A DNA stretch of 62,326 nt from an uncultured Spongiibacteraceae bacterium. Lineage in GTDB: Bacteria > Pseudomonadota > Gammaproteobacteria > Pseudomonadales > Dasaniaceae. A model generated the notes under the pieces. It made no database searches, had not been told where the DNA came from, and saw only the letters and a list, made by a program, of their open reading frames with translations. The stretch is taken from NCBI GenBank assembly GCA_964401565.1, contig CAYNZI010000001.1, forward strand, positions 1-62,326. The letters are read 5' to 3'. Positions within the stretch are counted from its first letter, which is position 1, and each line of letters opens with the position of its first letter. Shown here one piece after another: positions 29,121 to 39,440 of this stretch. A program made the translations under genes and the position numbers.

Positions 29121-31124
29121 ATGAAAACGCTGCTGATAGTTGAAAGTCCTGCTAAAGCTAAGAAATTCGCCAAAAGCCTGGGGTCTGATTACCTTGTGAT
29201 TGGTACGGCTGGGCATATTCGTGATTTACCACACAACGAGATGGGCGTTGAAGCGCCGAATTATTCGCCCAAATATGTCACTCAACAGGGCAAGAGCAAA
29301 ATCATTCGGGCGTTGAAGGATGCTGCGAAGGTATGTGACAAAGTGGTTATCGCAACTGACCTTGACCGCGAGGGCGAGGCAATTGCTTGGCACATCCAGC
29401 AGGTATTGAAGCTGAAGAATTATGATCGAATCACGTTTAACTCGACAAACAAGCAGGCAATTCTTGATGCGTTAGCAAAACCGCGCCAGATAGATATGGC
29501 GATGGTTCGGGCTCAAGAGGCTCGGCGGGTACTTGATCGCCGTATCGGTTATTGCGTTTCACCACTACTGCGCAAAATGTTGGGCGAGTCTTATCCTGGT
29601 GGGCGTGTGCAGAGCCCGTCAGTTCGTCTGGTGAAGCAGCGTCGAGATGAAATAGACAATCATGTGCCGGTCGATTATTTATCAGTAGAGCTGCAACTGA
29701 AGAAGGGCGAAGTGTTCTGTAAGGCAAAGCTCGATATATCTAGTTTTGCCTCAAAAGCTACTGAGTTCAATGATATCGCTGTGGCAAATCGTGCAGCAAA
29801 TGTTACTTGCGTCAATGTGTCTGACATCAAAATTAATCCTGTAATAGTTAAAGCCCCCAAGCCGTTTATTACGACTGATTTGATGCAAGAGGCTACGTCT
29901 AAATTGATGCTTGGTATCAAGAAAGTGACATCAATAGCGCAGGAGTTGTACCAAGAGGGTTTGATTACTTATATCCGTACTGATGCGCCAGCTCTTGGCC
30001 CAGTCGCCTTGGATATGATTCGCGGTTATGCGGTCGATAATGGTTTTGATGTGCCAGCCAAGCCGAACGTGTATGCAGCGGCTGAGGATGCGCAGGAAGC
30101 GCATGAGGGCATTTATCCACCCGATATGAACGTGAAGGATATATTGGGTTTGAATAGTCGTTTTACAGCAGATCATCAGAAGCTTTATTCTTTGATTTGG
30201 AACAGAACATTGGCATGTCAGATGGTGGCCGGTAAAGATGAAAAGACGGTTATTACCTTTGCGGCGGCGAACGAAGAATTCAAATATGTGGCATCGGGCA
30301 CGGTTGTTAAATCGGCTGGCTGGAGAAAAGTCTACAAGCCCGCTGATGACGGCGCTGATAAATCTGGATCAAAAGCACAGCTGCCGGATTTCAGTGAAGA
30401 GCTGAATGGCTGCGTAGCCATTACTCCTGTTGGTGGTGAGATTGGCAAAAAGAAAACAAAGCCGCCATCGTTGTACAATCAAGCCACCTTCCTGAAAAAA
30501 ATGGCGAGCCTCGGTATAGGGCGTCCTGCAACAATTGCTTCAATCATCGAAACAATTTCTATCCGTCACAATTATATATCGGTATCAAAAAAACTGGCGC
30601 TCGATATTACTCCCCGAGGTGAAACTCTTGTGGCGAGCCTGAGTGGTAAGTTCAGTTTCTTTGAGTTTGAATACACTCGCGATGTTGAACAGCGCCTTGA
30701 CAATATTTTGTCCGGTGATGATACCTACCTTAAAGTCGTTTCTGAGATCGATGCAGAGCTGGGCAGCGAGATGGCTGTATTAAGCACCCTGAAGCTGGTT
30801 AACCATGCCGCCAAAGGTCGTGACAAGTGCGAAGTAGAGGGCTGTGATGGTCACTACATGCCCCGTATTGGTGGTAAGTTTGAGGGTTGCAGTAGTTTTC
30901 CAGAGTGTACTAGCACTCGCCAGCCGAAGGGCACAAAGGCAAAAGTAAAGCGCGCTGTTTATCAGGGTGTGAAGGTTGATGATGACTGCCCATGCTGTAA
31001 GAAAGGCGTAGTTGGTACAAAGACCTTCGATAAAAAGGGAACCAATAAAGGTCGTGAATTTTTCCATTGCAGCATATATGGCTGCAAGCTCTTTCAGTGG
31101 GTTAATCAGAATCAAGCTGCGTAG
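29121..31124 (+). CDS. Type IA DNA topoisomerase with C-terminal Zn ribbons
   Basis: IVESPAK, ATDLDREGE, GRVQS, ITYIRTD (active Tyr), AQEAHE, GIGRPAT. Confidence 0.95.
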   Translation: MKTLLIVESPAKAKKFAKSLGSDYLVIGTAGHIRDLPHNEMGVEAPNYSPKYVTQQGKSKIIRALKDAAKVCDKVVIATDLDREGEAIAWHIQQVLKLKNYDRITFNSTNKQAILDALAKPRQIDMAMVRAQEARRVLDRRIGYCVSPLLRKMLGESYPGGRVQSPSVRLVKQRRDEIDNHVPVDYLSVELQLKKGEVFCKAKLDISSFASKATEFNDIAVANRAANVTCVNVSDIKINPVIVKAPKPFITTDLMQEATSKLMLGIKKVTSIAQELYQEGLITYIRTDAPALGPVALDMIRGYAVDNGFDVPAKPNVYAAAEDAQEAHEGIYPPDMNVKDILGLNSRFTADHQKLYSLIWNRTLACQMVAGKDEKTVITFAAANEEFKYVASGTVVKSAGWRKVYKPADDGADKSGSKAQLPDFSEELNGCVAITPVGGEIGKKKTKPPSLYNQATFLKKMASLGIGRPATIASIIETISIRHNYISVSKKLALDITPRGETLVASLSGKFSFFEFEYTRDVEQRLDNILSGDDTYLKVVSEIDAELGSEMAVLSTLKLVNHAAKGRDKCEVEGCDGHYMPRIGGKFEGCSSFPECTSTRQPKGTKAKVKRAVYQGVKVDDDCPCCKKGVVGTKTFDKKGTNKGREFFHCSIYGCKLFQWVNQNQAA

Positions 31125-31134
31125 GGATTGAAGC

Positions 31135-31842
31135 ATGGATAGCTTTTTAAGTGGTTACACTCATGTGCAGGAACCAATGCATGACACTGATTGCGGTGAT
31201 ATTTTGGGATATGAGTTACTTGTGCGTGAGGAGTTGAACGGCGAACAGTTTTCTGGGGCAAATGATATTGTCCAGAGGTTTACGTCGAGCGGTCAGATCC
31301 AGTGGCTTGATGCCCAAGGTGTTCGCAAGGCGATAGACTCGATTGTGGAGTCTGGTAGTGCATCTAATCAGATTTATTCCGCCAATGTGTCTAGGTTTAG
31401 CTTGGAGCATAGAGAGTTTGAAGAGTACGTCGAGAGTTTGATTGGTGGCGTTGATCTCGGTGGCCGTTTTTACCTGGATATTATGGATATGAAGTTCTCA
31501 TATCTACGCTGGCAGTTGCAGTATTCGATCAATCGCCTGAAGGATAAAGGTGCCAAATTTATCCTTGGGAACCTCAGTCAAAACACGCTATCTCTGCTGG
31601 ATGTCATTGATTTTGGCTATGTGAAAATCCAGCAGAAACAGATAGATGAAGATCCGGTTTTGTGCGCAAGGTTGGTGCAACGAGTCAGGGATAGCGGTGC
31701 TGTGCCAATCGCTGTGGGCGTTGAGACTCAGGTTCAATTGAATTCAGTCCGAAATATAGGTATAGGATTGCTTCAGGGCTACCACGTAGAGGGGCCGCAG
31801 GCCTTGTATCAGCAGGCTTTATGGGATTTGCAGGCAAGTTAA
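31135..31842 (+). CDS. Stand-alone degenerate EAL-domain protein
   Basis: QEP..GYELLVR, SANVS, YVKI, GVET, LQGY; DDFG loop replaced by GNLSQ. Confidence 0.85.
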   Translation: MDSFLSGYTHVQEPMHDTDCGDILGYELLVREELNGEQFSGANDIVQRFTSSGQIQWLDAQGVRKAIDSIVESGSASNQIYSANVSRFSLEHREFEEYVESLIGGVDLGGRFYLDIMDMKFSYLRWQLQYSINRLKDKGAKFILGNLSQNTLSLLDVIDFGYVKIQQKQIDEDPVLCARLVQRVRDSGAVPIAVGVETQVQLNSVRNIGIGLLQGYHVEGPQALYQQALWDLQAS

Positions 31843-31939
31843 GATAGTTGCTGACAAGTAGTGAAATACGCGCCAGCTTAGGTTACTATACGTCCGATTT
31901 GAACGCATATTGGACATACTAAAGTATAAGGGAAGTACG

Positions 31940-32476
31940 ATGATTCAAGCTATATCCTCAGCCGCCATCTTTGGCGCTATCCTGACGTTTTCCGCACTGT
32001 CTCACTCCGGTATTGATGAAGATGAATACTGCTTTGAGGACGAAGGGTGTTGGTCGTCCACGGTTAACAACTACATTGAGCCCGAGATCAAGGGGCAAGA
32101 GAAATTTGTTGCTGGATTCACTGGAAAGAAAATTAACCACACGACTTCTCGCGCTGTAGATGGGTCTGTAGATGAGAGCTTGGATGATGCCAATGTTTTT
32201 CACATGAAGAGCGGTGAAAATCTGAAGAAGGTACTTGAGCGCTGGGTCGGTCAGGCGGGGTACCGCAACCTTATCTGGGATGTGCGCAATGCTGAAGGTG
32301 ACGAGCTGCGTATTCCTATTAGATCGACGGCTGCATTACGTTGTGATTTTAAAGAGTGTCTGCGCCAAATTAAAAAAGCGTATGCAACGGCGAAGCCAAA
32401 ACCTATGTATTTGGATTTTGATGTCAAAGATGGCAACAAAGTTGTTTATGTTCAGCAGCTGCACTTGGGGCGATAA
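31940..32476 (+). CDS. TcpQ-domain pilus protein
   Basis: Signal peptide; GENLKKVLERWVGQAGY..LIWD. Confidence 0.75.
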   Translation: MIQAISSAAIFGAILTFSALSHSGIDEDEYCFEDEGCWSSTVNNYIEPEIKGQEKFVAGFTGKKINHTTSRAVDGSVDESLDDANVFHMKSGENLKKVLERWVGQAGYRNLIWDVRNAEGDELRIPIRSTAALRCDFKECLRQIKKAYATAKPKPMYLDFDVKDGNKVVYVQQLHLGR

Positions 32477-32482
32477 GGAATT

Positions 32483-34087
32483 ATGAAAATAAAAACACTA
32501 ACGCTGGTAATAGCGCTGGCTATTACCAGCTGTGCAACTTTTGATACTGATCGCTCAGCTATTGAGCGCACAGAAAAGACCATCAATGAAGTTAGTTCTT
32601 CCATGAAGCGAAATGGCATGGAACTCAATGAGCAAAAGCACTACATCAATGTGGATGACGGAATTTGGGTTTCGACTGATGCTGAAGTAGTGAGTTTGCA
32701 AATACCAGAACGTCTGACGAATCGTACATTTGATTTTGTAGAAGGCGATTCTATGACGATGGCTCAGATTTGTTCGTATCTAACAAAGCGTTTTGGTGTG
32801 AGGGTTAAACGAGCTAATGAGTTGATTGAAAAAGGGCAGGATTTCAAATCTGACATCGGTTCGTCGCCGGTTGAGAATGATGAAGGGAGTGGTGAAGATG
32901 CCAACCTTGATAACACTGGTCGTTTGAATTATGTCCCAGTGGGTAACTATTTGTTTGCTCTTGAGGGAGCGACATTTTCCGAGGTTTTAGACAATATATC
33001 CGAGACTCTGGGTATTTCGTGGAAATATGACGCAAAGAAAGGCGTCATATTCTATTACTATGAAACGAAATATATGACGGTTGAATTTAGTCCGATAAGT
33101 CGTGAGTTTAAAGCGGTATCCACTAATAAGAGTGGTTCAGATGAGGGTGATTCTGGTGGCGGGTCATCAGAAACCAACCAGACGCTGACGGTTAAGTTGG
33201 ATTCTGATTTTTGGGTATCTCACGAATCAACCCTATTAACATTAATTTCACCTTACGGTGTGATTGATGTTAATAGGCGCTCCGGTCATGTGGTTGTTAC
33301 TGATAGTCCAGATGTAGTTGAAGAGGTGGAGCAGTATGTTAATTTCCTCAATCGTAATCTTGAGCTGGAGGTCGAAACAAAGCTAACGGTTATTCGTTTT
33401 GACCACTCTTCAACCGATAACTTCACGTTCAGTATCAGTGCTATATACGACAAAGTTGACCGAGCGCTTCTGGGTCTTAATTCACCTCGCGGAGCCTTCG
33501 ATAATTTGTCTTCCCTGGGTCTGTCGATTACAGATCCAAGCAGCCGCTGGAATAGTACAGAGCTGTTCTTGGACGCTCTTTCTACTGAAGGTGATGTGTC
33601 GGTGGTGCGTGAGAAAGAATCCTCCATCAAGAACTTCACTATGTTTCAGTGGAAAAAAGGCGAAAAGGTTAAATATTTCGAGACGATATCCAGTACCAGC
33701 ACCCCGAATGTGGGGCAGGAGCAGTCGGCAGAGGTTAGTGAAGAATTTCTGGGTGTGGGGATTTCACTCTATCCGCGCATTCGGAATAAGAACAAAGTCA
33801 CCTTTGATGTAGTCTTTTCGCAGAATGATCTGGTTAAATTTGAAACAACCACTATTGGCGATTTTGAAACAAAGTTACCTCAAACCATTGGTGAAGACCT
33901 TATGACTCAGGTTGACCTGAAGAATGGTCAAAGCAAGGTTATTTTGAAATACTCTATTAATAAAACAGAGATTACAGATTCAGGAATGACTGGTACGGAT
34001 GCAATTGATTGCCTTGGCGGTTGTGCGAGAACTCGCGGCGAGGATACTGAATATGTTCTTTATATCCTCTCAGCTGTAGTGAAGTGA
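32483..34087 (+). CDS. pilN: Type IVB pilus lipoprotein secretin
   Basis: Lipobox ITSC; GHVVVTDSP, ALSTEGDVS, GISLYPRI, LKNGQS. Confidence 0.88.
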   Translation: MKIKTLTLVIALAITSCATFDTDRSAIERTEKTINEVSSSMKRNGMELNEQKHYINVDDGIWVSTDAEVVSLQIPERLTNRTFDFVEGDSMTMAQICSYLTKRFGVRVKRANELIEKGQDFKSDIGSSPVENDEGSGEDANLDNTGRLNYVPVGNYLFALEGATFSEVLDNISETLGISWKYDAKKGVIFYYYETKYMTVEFSPISREFKAVSTNKSGSDEGDSGGGSSETNQTLTVKLDSDFWVSHESTLLTLISPYGVIDVNRRSGHVVVTDSPDVVEEVEQYVNFLNRNLELEVETKLTVIRFDHSSTDNFTFSISAIYDKVDRALLGLNSPRGAFDNLSSLGLSITDPSSRWNSTELFLDALSTEGDVSVVREKESSIKNFTMFQWKKGEKVKYFETISSTSTPNVGQEQSAEVSEEFLGVGISLYPRIRNKNKVTFDVVFSQNDLVKFETTTIGDFETKLPQTIGEDLMTQVDLKNGQSKVILKYSINKTEITDSGMTGTDAIDCLGGCARTRGEDTEYVLYILSAVVK

Positions 34088-34091
34088 TCTC

Positions 34092-35558
34092 ATGTCGTAT
34101 ATACAAGAACTGAAGCTAAAGGTTAAAGATTTTTCTGCCAGTTTGTCTGGAGATAATTCTGATGATGATTATGCTTACAGCGGCTCGCGAAGAACGATAT
34201 TCAAGCAAGCATTCTATGAAAAAATCATTGATCAGCGATATGTTTTTTCGCTGGAGTGGCACTGTAATGGCGCTAGTGATGCTGTAACTACCAAGCGGTC
34301 GTTATACGATTCTGGTGCGCTCAGTGCGGTACTTGTTGGCGGCGAAGGAAAGAGTGTGTTGGTTGGGGCTCCGGCACAAAGTATTAGGCATGTGGAGGCT
34401 AAGTCGGCAGCTGCGATTGTCAGCAGTAAATATAATAACGCGCTGGTGGCGGCCCAGCTTCCTTCTGGGCAGTGGTGGCTCCTTGCGGTAGTCGATGGTC
34501 AGCCACTATCCGGCATGGATGTAGTTGGCGATTACGACTCATTAAGGGAGAGGGCGGCAGAACTTATACGAGACTTCCCTGGTTTCGAGTTGGTAGGGGA
34601 GGTTGAGTTTTGGGGTGGGGATTTAGCCGGTAAAAGTCTTGACCGTGTTCAGTCTCTTGGGATTGATCAACTGCTGGAACATGACGCAGAAGATGATTCC
34701 TATCGACTGAAGCGACTCCGAGGTAATGCCAAAAGAACGGTGATGTTTTCCGCTCCCCTATGTGCGCTTGTATTTGCGGTTTTTGTAGGATGGGATTTTA
34801 TTTCCGAAGTTGTGGCGATGCCATTCAAGCAGCAGGAATTAGACGAAATGCGCGAGTCATGGGAGCGGCAAAATAAGGTTGAGGTGGCGTCTGTTATTGA
34901 AAAGTATAATGATCTTGCTTCGACTAAGCCGCTGAATAGATGGATCGTAAACATGGGTCGCACACTGGATGGTCTGCCCCTGGAGGCGGGAGGTTGGGAT
35001 CTTTCGGTTATGGATTGCGGGGCTGGTTTGAGCTACTGCACTATTGAGTGGAAGAACTCAGGTGTGGGGACGTTTGAATCGTTACGATCTCGCGTTGCGA
35101 TACTGGGTAGTTTGGATTTGAAATCGTCCACGGTCGTAAAGCAAAGTATTAAGATTAAAGGATATCGTCAATCGCAATCCGGTGGGAGTGATGTCCGAAG
35201 AGAGTTGAACGATCTGCCTAGCGCGAATGACTTTAACTACCACCATATCTCAATTATCCAGTCGATAGGGAGTATTGATGGTGTAACTTACAGTGTTAAG
35301 CGCTCAAAGAAAAGCCCTATTGTTAACGCGCCACCACACGAAATCGCTGTTGACTATGAGTGGGATTACCCTTTGTTTATGTATGGCCCCTGGGAGTTGA
35401 GAGGCGAAGGTGTTGATGTGCTTATCGGCAGTATGAACATGCTCGATGGCTCGGTGTTTTTTGGTTACAACTTGAAAATTGAATTTTCACGATCTCTGGG
35501 TGAGGTCAGCGCCAACTGGACTGTTGGTGGTTACTACATGAGTCGGTCGGAGGCCTAA
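34092..35558 (+). CDS. pilO: PilO-like pilus accessory protein
   Basis: SAAA..WWLLAVVDGQP..D, one TM, GWDL..MDC; synteny. Confidence 0.8.
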   Translation: MSYIQELKLKVKDFSASLSGDNSDDDYAYSGSRRTIFKQAFYEKIIDQRYVFSLEWHCNGASDAVTTKRSLYDSGALSAVLVGGEGKSVLVGAPAQSIRHVEAKSAAAIVSSKYNNALVAAQLPSGQWWLLAVVDGQPLSGMDVVGDYDSLRERAAELIRDFPGFELVGEVEFWGGDLAGKSLDRVQSLGIDQLLEHDAEDDSYRLKRLRGNAKRTVMFSAPLCALVFAVFVGWDFISEVVAMPFKQQELDEMRESWERQNKVEVASVIEKYNDLASTKPLNRWIVNMGRTLDGLPLEAGGWDLSVMDCGAGLSYCTIEWKNSGVGTFESLRSRVAILGSLDLKSSTVVKQSIKIKGYRQSQSGGSDVRRELNDLPSANDFNYHHISIIQSIGSIDGVTYSVKRSKKSPIVNAPPHEIAVDYEWDYPLFMYGPWELRGEGVDVLIGSMNMLDGSVFFGYNLKIEFSRSLGEVSANWTVGGYYMSRSEA

Positions 35559-35561
35559 GGC

Positions 35562-36083
35562 ATGAAAAATATATTTGTGGGAATGGTGGCTTTATTGGTG
35601 TCACTGTCGGCTGTATCTGAACAGGATGCAGATATTAATAGTGCGGCTGATGGAGAGACCGAGCGCTACACCGGCACGGTAAAGAAATTGATCCAGCAGG
35701 CTCGCGTAGAGAAAGAGGCTGAGCGAGGGAGCTTGTCCTCTCCGGCTGATTCTGCTGAAGCAGGGGGGGCTGACAACATTATTGATTTCGCGGATAGTCT
35801 AAAAGAAAATGGTGAAAAGCCCTACTTCGTGGGTATGTATCGCGAGGGTAATGAGCGAGTTGCCAAGGTTTATTACATGGGTGTTGTGGGAGAGTACAAA
35901 ACAGGTCAATACCTTCCTAATGATGCAAGAATTGAATTGATTTCTACTACTGAGATTTCTGTTATTAAGCCATCAGCTGAAATCGATGACGTTCAGCATG
36001 GGAGAATGTATTTGACTTCAGTGAAGCGTATCGGTGAGCTTCGGAAGCAAAGAGATATGATCCTACTGAATAGCTACCGTTAA
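35562..36083 (+). CDS. pilP: PilP-like periplasmic protein
   Basis: Signal peptide; G.YLP..RI..IS beta domain; synteny. Confidence 0.65.
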   Translation: MKNIFVGMVALLVSLSAVSEQDADINSAADGETERYTGTVKKLIQQARVEKEAERGSLSSPADSAEAGGADNIIDFADSLKENGEKPYFVGMYREGNERVAKVYYMGVVGEYKTGQYLPNDARIELISTTEISVIKPSAEIDDVQHGRMYLTSVKRIGELRKQRDMILLNSYR

Positions 36084-36102
36084 TTTTGTCAAGGTTGATG
36101 AT

Positions 36103-37767
36103 ATGAATACAATGACAACTGATCCGACCACTCTTTCACTGGGGAGTCTAAATATCAGCGAGCGAAGCATTTCCATTAAGTCGGATCTCGATGCTCTGTG
36201 CGGCGAATGGGAGCTGCTATCAGACGGCAAAACAATTCCACTTAAAAAGCGTCTATCAAGAGCGATTGCAATAATAGGCAGTCGGGCAGCTAAAAAAGCT
36301 GTGGTGTTGGTAGAGCCTACCAGCTATCCCTCCCAAGGTTATTTTGTGGCGTTGCGCGAGTGTCGAACTAACGGCTATGAATATGAAGTAAGTATGGCTA
36401 CCGAGTCGATTATTGAGTCGTTGCGCGTCGATAGTGAAGAAGATTTAGCAGACATGTCTGAGGATAAAAACGTCAAGCTGCTAAATGGGCTGGTTTCCGA
36501 AGCCCTTAACCGAAATGCAGCGGATATCTTTATTGAAATTGATGAAGGCGATAACTTTAAAGCATCGTTTGATATCGATACGGAAAAGGTGCCGTACCGC
36601 GATTATTCCCGCAAAGAAGTGACGGGTATGATGCGTTACTACTATCAGACAATTGCCGACCAAGAGACTTTGCAAGAGTCGATTTTCAGCATGGAAAGCT
36701 CACAATTCGCGACTGGCGATGGTATTTGGGAGGGGCAGAAACTGCGTCTTCGCTACCAGTCAAAACCGGCTTTCCCTGAGGGGATAGACTTCGCTATACG
36801 CTTGCTTAAGATGTCCTCTGGTGGCGGGTTCACTTCCATTTCTGATCTTGGCGTGTCGTCGGATCAAGAGACCCTGCTCCTTATGGTCAGTCGTGGCGAG
36901 AAGGGCGCGACTGTAATGATCGGGCCAACTGCGTCAGGTAAGACGACCACTATTAAAGTGTTGCTGACGACAATGCTTAAAAATAACCCTGGGCTGAATA
37001 TTCGTTCAGCAGAGAGCCCCCCTGAATATATTATTCCTGGTGTTCGTCAGTATGTCGTTAGGGAGAGTAAGGGCGGAAGTGGTCATGCTTTTGCGGAAAC
37101 AATGAAAGAGATTCTGCGTATGAATCCGCATATTATCTTTGTGGGCGAGGTTCGCGGTAGTGAAACGATGGACTTCTTTCGCAAGGCAACCGAGTCGGGA
37201 CACGGAGTATTGACCACGACACACGCCAACGATGCATACGGTTGTTTTTCACGGTTTGAATCGGAAGGTCTTGATCGGCAGATATTTGCGCAGCCAGCCA
37301 ATATCAATGCGTTAATTTATCAGCAGCGCCTACCTGTGACTTGCACAGTGTGCGGCATTGATCATGCGGATTATGATTTGGATGAGTCAATTAAAAAACG
37401 CTTGAAGCTGCTTAAGGTTGATTTAAGTAAAGTGGTTCATCATAACTCAGAAGGTTGTTCCAGTTGTGGTTACAGGGGCACGAAAGGAGCGATTCCATCT
37501 ATGGAGATCGTGGTACCTGATACGGCTGCTCTGGCTTGCGTCCGAGACCATGATCAAATTGGTTTTAGTAAGGCCTGGGTTAAAGTTTGTGAGGTCAATG
37601 GTTACGGCGATGCTGTAGAAACACATTTTTACCATTCGTTAAAACTTGTTGCATCTGGCGTTGTGTCTCCAGAGAAGTTTGAGTCAAAATATACGACCAT
37701 TAATACGATAGACCTGGAGCAAAATTGCCGAGTGTGGAAACCTGGACAGGAGTTTGAGGGGGTGTGA
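36103..37767 (+). CDS. pilQ: Pilus assembly ATPase (GspE/PilB family)
   Basis: GPTASGKT, ESPPEY, IFVGEVR, TTTHAND, CxxC pairs. Confidence 0.92.
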   Translation: MNTMTTDPTTLSLGSLNISERSISIKSDLDALCGEWELLSDGKTIPLKKRLSRAIAIIGSRAAKKAVVLVEPTSYPSQGYFVALRECRTNGYEYEVSMATESIIESLRVDSEEDLADMSEDKNVKLLNGLVSEALNRNAADIFIEIDEGDNFKASFDIDTEKVPYRDYSRKEVTGMMRYYYQTIADQETLQESIFSMESSQFATGDGIWEGQKLRLRYQSKPAFPEGIDFAIRLLKMSSGGGFTSISDLGVSSDQETLLLMVSRGEKGATVMIGPTASGKTTTIKVLLTTMLKNNPGLNIRSAESPPEYIIPGVRQYVVRESKGGSGHAFAETMKEILRMNPHIIFVGEVRGSETMDFFRKATESGHGVLTTTHANDAYGCFSRFESEGLDRQIFAQPANINALIYQQRLPVTCTVCGIDHADYDLDESIKKRLKLLKVDLSKVVHHNSEGCSSCGYRGTKGAIPSMEIVVPDTAALACVRDHDQIGFSKAWVKVCEVNGYGDAVETHFYHSLKLVASGVVSPEKFESKYTTINTIDLEQNCRVWKPGQEFEGV

Positions 37768-38831
37768 TCGTGGCTAAATCAGTTGGTAAAAGAAGCTTGT
37801 CGGTTGGACGTAGAATGGGTATCTATCAGCTCTTGAGTGATTATAGTCGCGTGCAGGATGGTTCGTCGTCGTCTTTAGTTTGGATGTTTCGCAAGATCGC
37901 CAAGCGTAAAGCGGAGCATAAAGAAAGTGATGCGTGGTTTTATCTCAGTGTGATTGAGCATGTAGAACGCGACAATATGAATATCATTGAAGCGATGGCA
38001 ACTATTTTGCCGTCTGATGAAATGATGATCATCAGAACTACGCCAGCAGATAAAATAAGTACGGGTTTAATGCAGGCCATGAAAAAGGCTAAGCGTAAAA
38101 ATGAAATTAAAAACACTCTAACTTCGGTGATGGGGTACCCAATATTTTCTTTTACATTTTCTATTGTGCTGCTTGTTTTTTTGCTATCAGGTACGCATAG
38201 ACCATTCACGTTAATGTTGGACGTTGATTCTTGGCCCTCTTCTGCCATGCCCATGCACTACATGTATATGGTGTTAGTGGATAAGTGGTATATCACTGTG
38301 GCGGCTGTGGTAGGCCTGTTGCTTTATATCATGGTGACGCTAAAACTCGCCAGGGGCGGGGTAAGAGTGGTGCTTGATTATCTGCCGCCGTGGAATATGC
38401 AGAAGAAGATGCAGGGAGCCGCATTTGTCGAATCTCTGGGTCAGCAGCTTGCAGCAGAGGTATCAGTTCCTATGGCGCTAGAACGGATTGAGCCGTTGGC
38501 AGATCGTTATTTGAAATCCTATGTCAGGACTATGCGCGAGCGACTGGCTAAAAACATGTCGGTTGATGACGTTTTGGATGTAGGGCTTCTTGACCGTGAC
38601 ACGATGGGGAAAATACGTGACTTCTCACAACAAAATAATTTCGCTGCGATTTTACAGAATATTGGCGATCAGGCGATGGATCGGGTTTTGGTGTTTATTA
38701 GGGTTATTGGGATGTCTCTTGGTATCCTGTTGATAATAGGGGGGACGATCAGCAATGCGTATGTGAATTATTCTGGACAAATTTTAACAAAAGTAATTCA
38801 AAGCGAGTACAAGGCTAGGGCTCGACGCTAG
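37764..38831 (+). CDS. pilR: GspF-family inner-membrane platform protein
   Basis: GYP TM, LDYLPPW, three TMs. Confidence 0.85.
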   Translation: MIVAKSVGKRSLSVGRRMGIYQLLSDYSRVQDGSSSSLVWMFRKIAKRKAEHKESDAWFYLSVIEHVERDNMNIIEAMATILPSDEMMIIRTTPADKISTGLMQAMKKAKRKNEIKNTLTSVMGYPIFSFTFSIVLLVFLLSGTHRPFTLMLDVDSWPSSAMPMHYMYMVLVDKWYITVAAVVGLLLYIMVTLKLARGGVRVVLDYLPPWNMQKKMQGAAFVESLGQQLAAEVSVPMALERIEPLADRYLKSYVRTMRERLAKNMSVDDVLDVGLLDRDTMGKIRDFSQQNNFAAILQNIGDQAMDRVLVFIRVIGMSLGILLIIGGTISNAYVNYSGQILTKVIQSEYKARARR

Positions 38832-38872
38832 TTCTTAGCTCAATAAAATTAAATAAAGATGGAATTATAAAT

Positions 38873-39421
38873 ATGAATATTAAAATGAAAGGTATTTCAC
38901 GGAAGAAGAGTAAGGGCTTTTTGGAGATCAGTACGGGCGCGGTTCTTCTTGTTGTTGGTCTGCTATCTATTGTTGGCCTCGGCATAGCGTCAGAGATGCG
39001 CGAAAGTGGCGCGGCATCAGCCACGTTGACAAAAACAATTAGCACTGTCGATAAAACACGCAAAAAATACAATCGCGCCCCAAGTTTTAACGGGCTGAAT
39101 AATGCACAAGCGATTGTCGGTAAATTGATTCCTTTGGACTGGGTTGTTGGTACGGCTATTCTGAATGATTCAGATGGCGTTATCACATTCTCGGCTGAAG
39201 ATTGCTTGGGCACTGATGATTGCTTCGGGTTTGCGCAAACACGCTTTTCGGAAACGGGTTGCTCGGATTACGTCAACAACATGTTCGACACTTCTTGGGA
39301 AATCGAAGTTGATGGCGCTAAGGTTAAGGCTGCGGGTGCGGGAACAATTGCTGTTGCTACACTGAACGCCGCCTGTACCGGCGCGAGCAACACTGTTAAA
39401 ACATATCACCGCAGAAGCTAA
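38873..39421 (+). CDS. pilS: Type IVB major prepilin
   Basis: Basic leader ending KG, hydrophobic helix, C-terminal Cys residues. Confidence 0.85.
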   Translation: MNIKMKGISRKKSKGFLEISTGAVLLVVGLLSIVGLGIASEMRESGAASATLTKTISTVDKTRKKYNRAPSFNGLNNAQAIVGKLIPLDWVVGTAILNDSDGVITFSAEDCLGTDDCFGFAQTRFSETGCSDYVNNMFDTSWEIEVDGAKVKAAGAGTIAVATLNAACTGASNTVKTYHRRS

Positions 39422-39440
39422 TTGCGTAGAGTGTAGAGTT

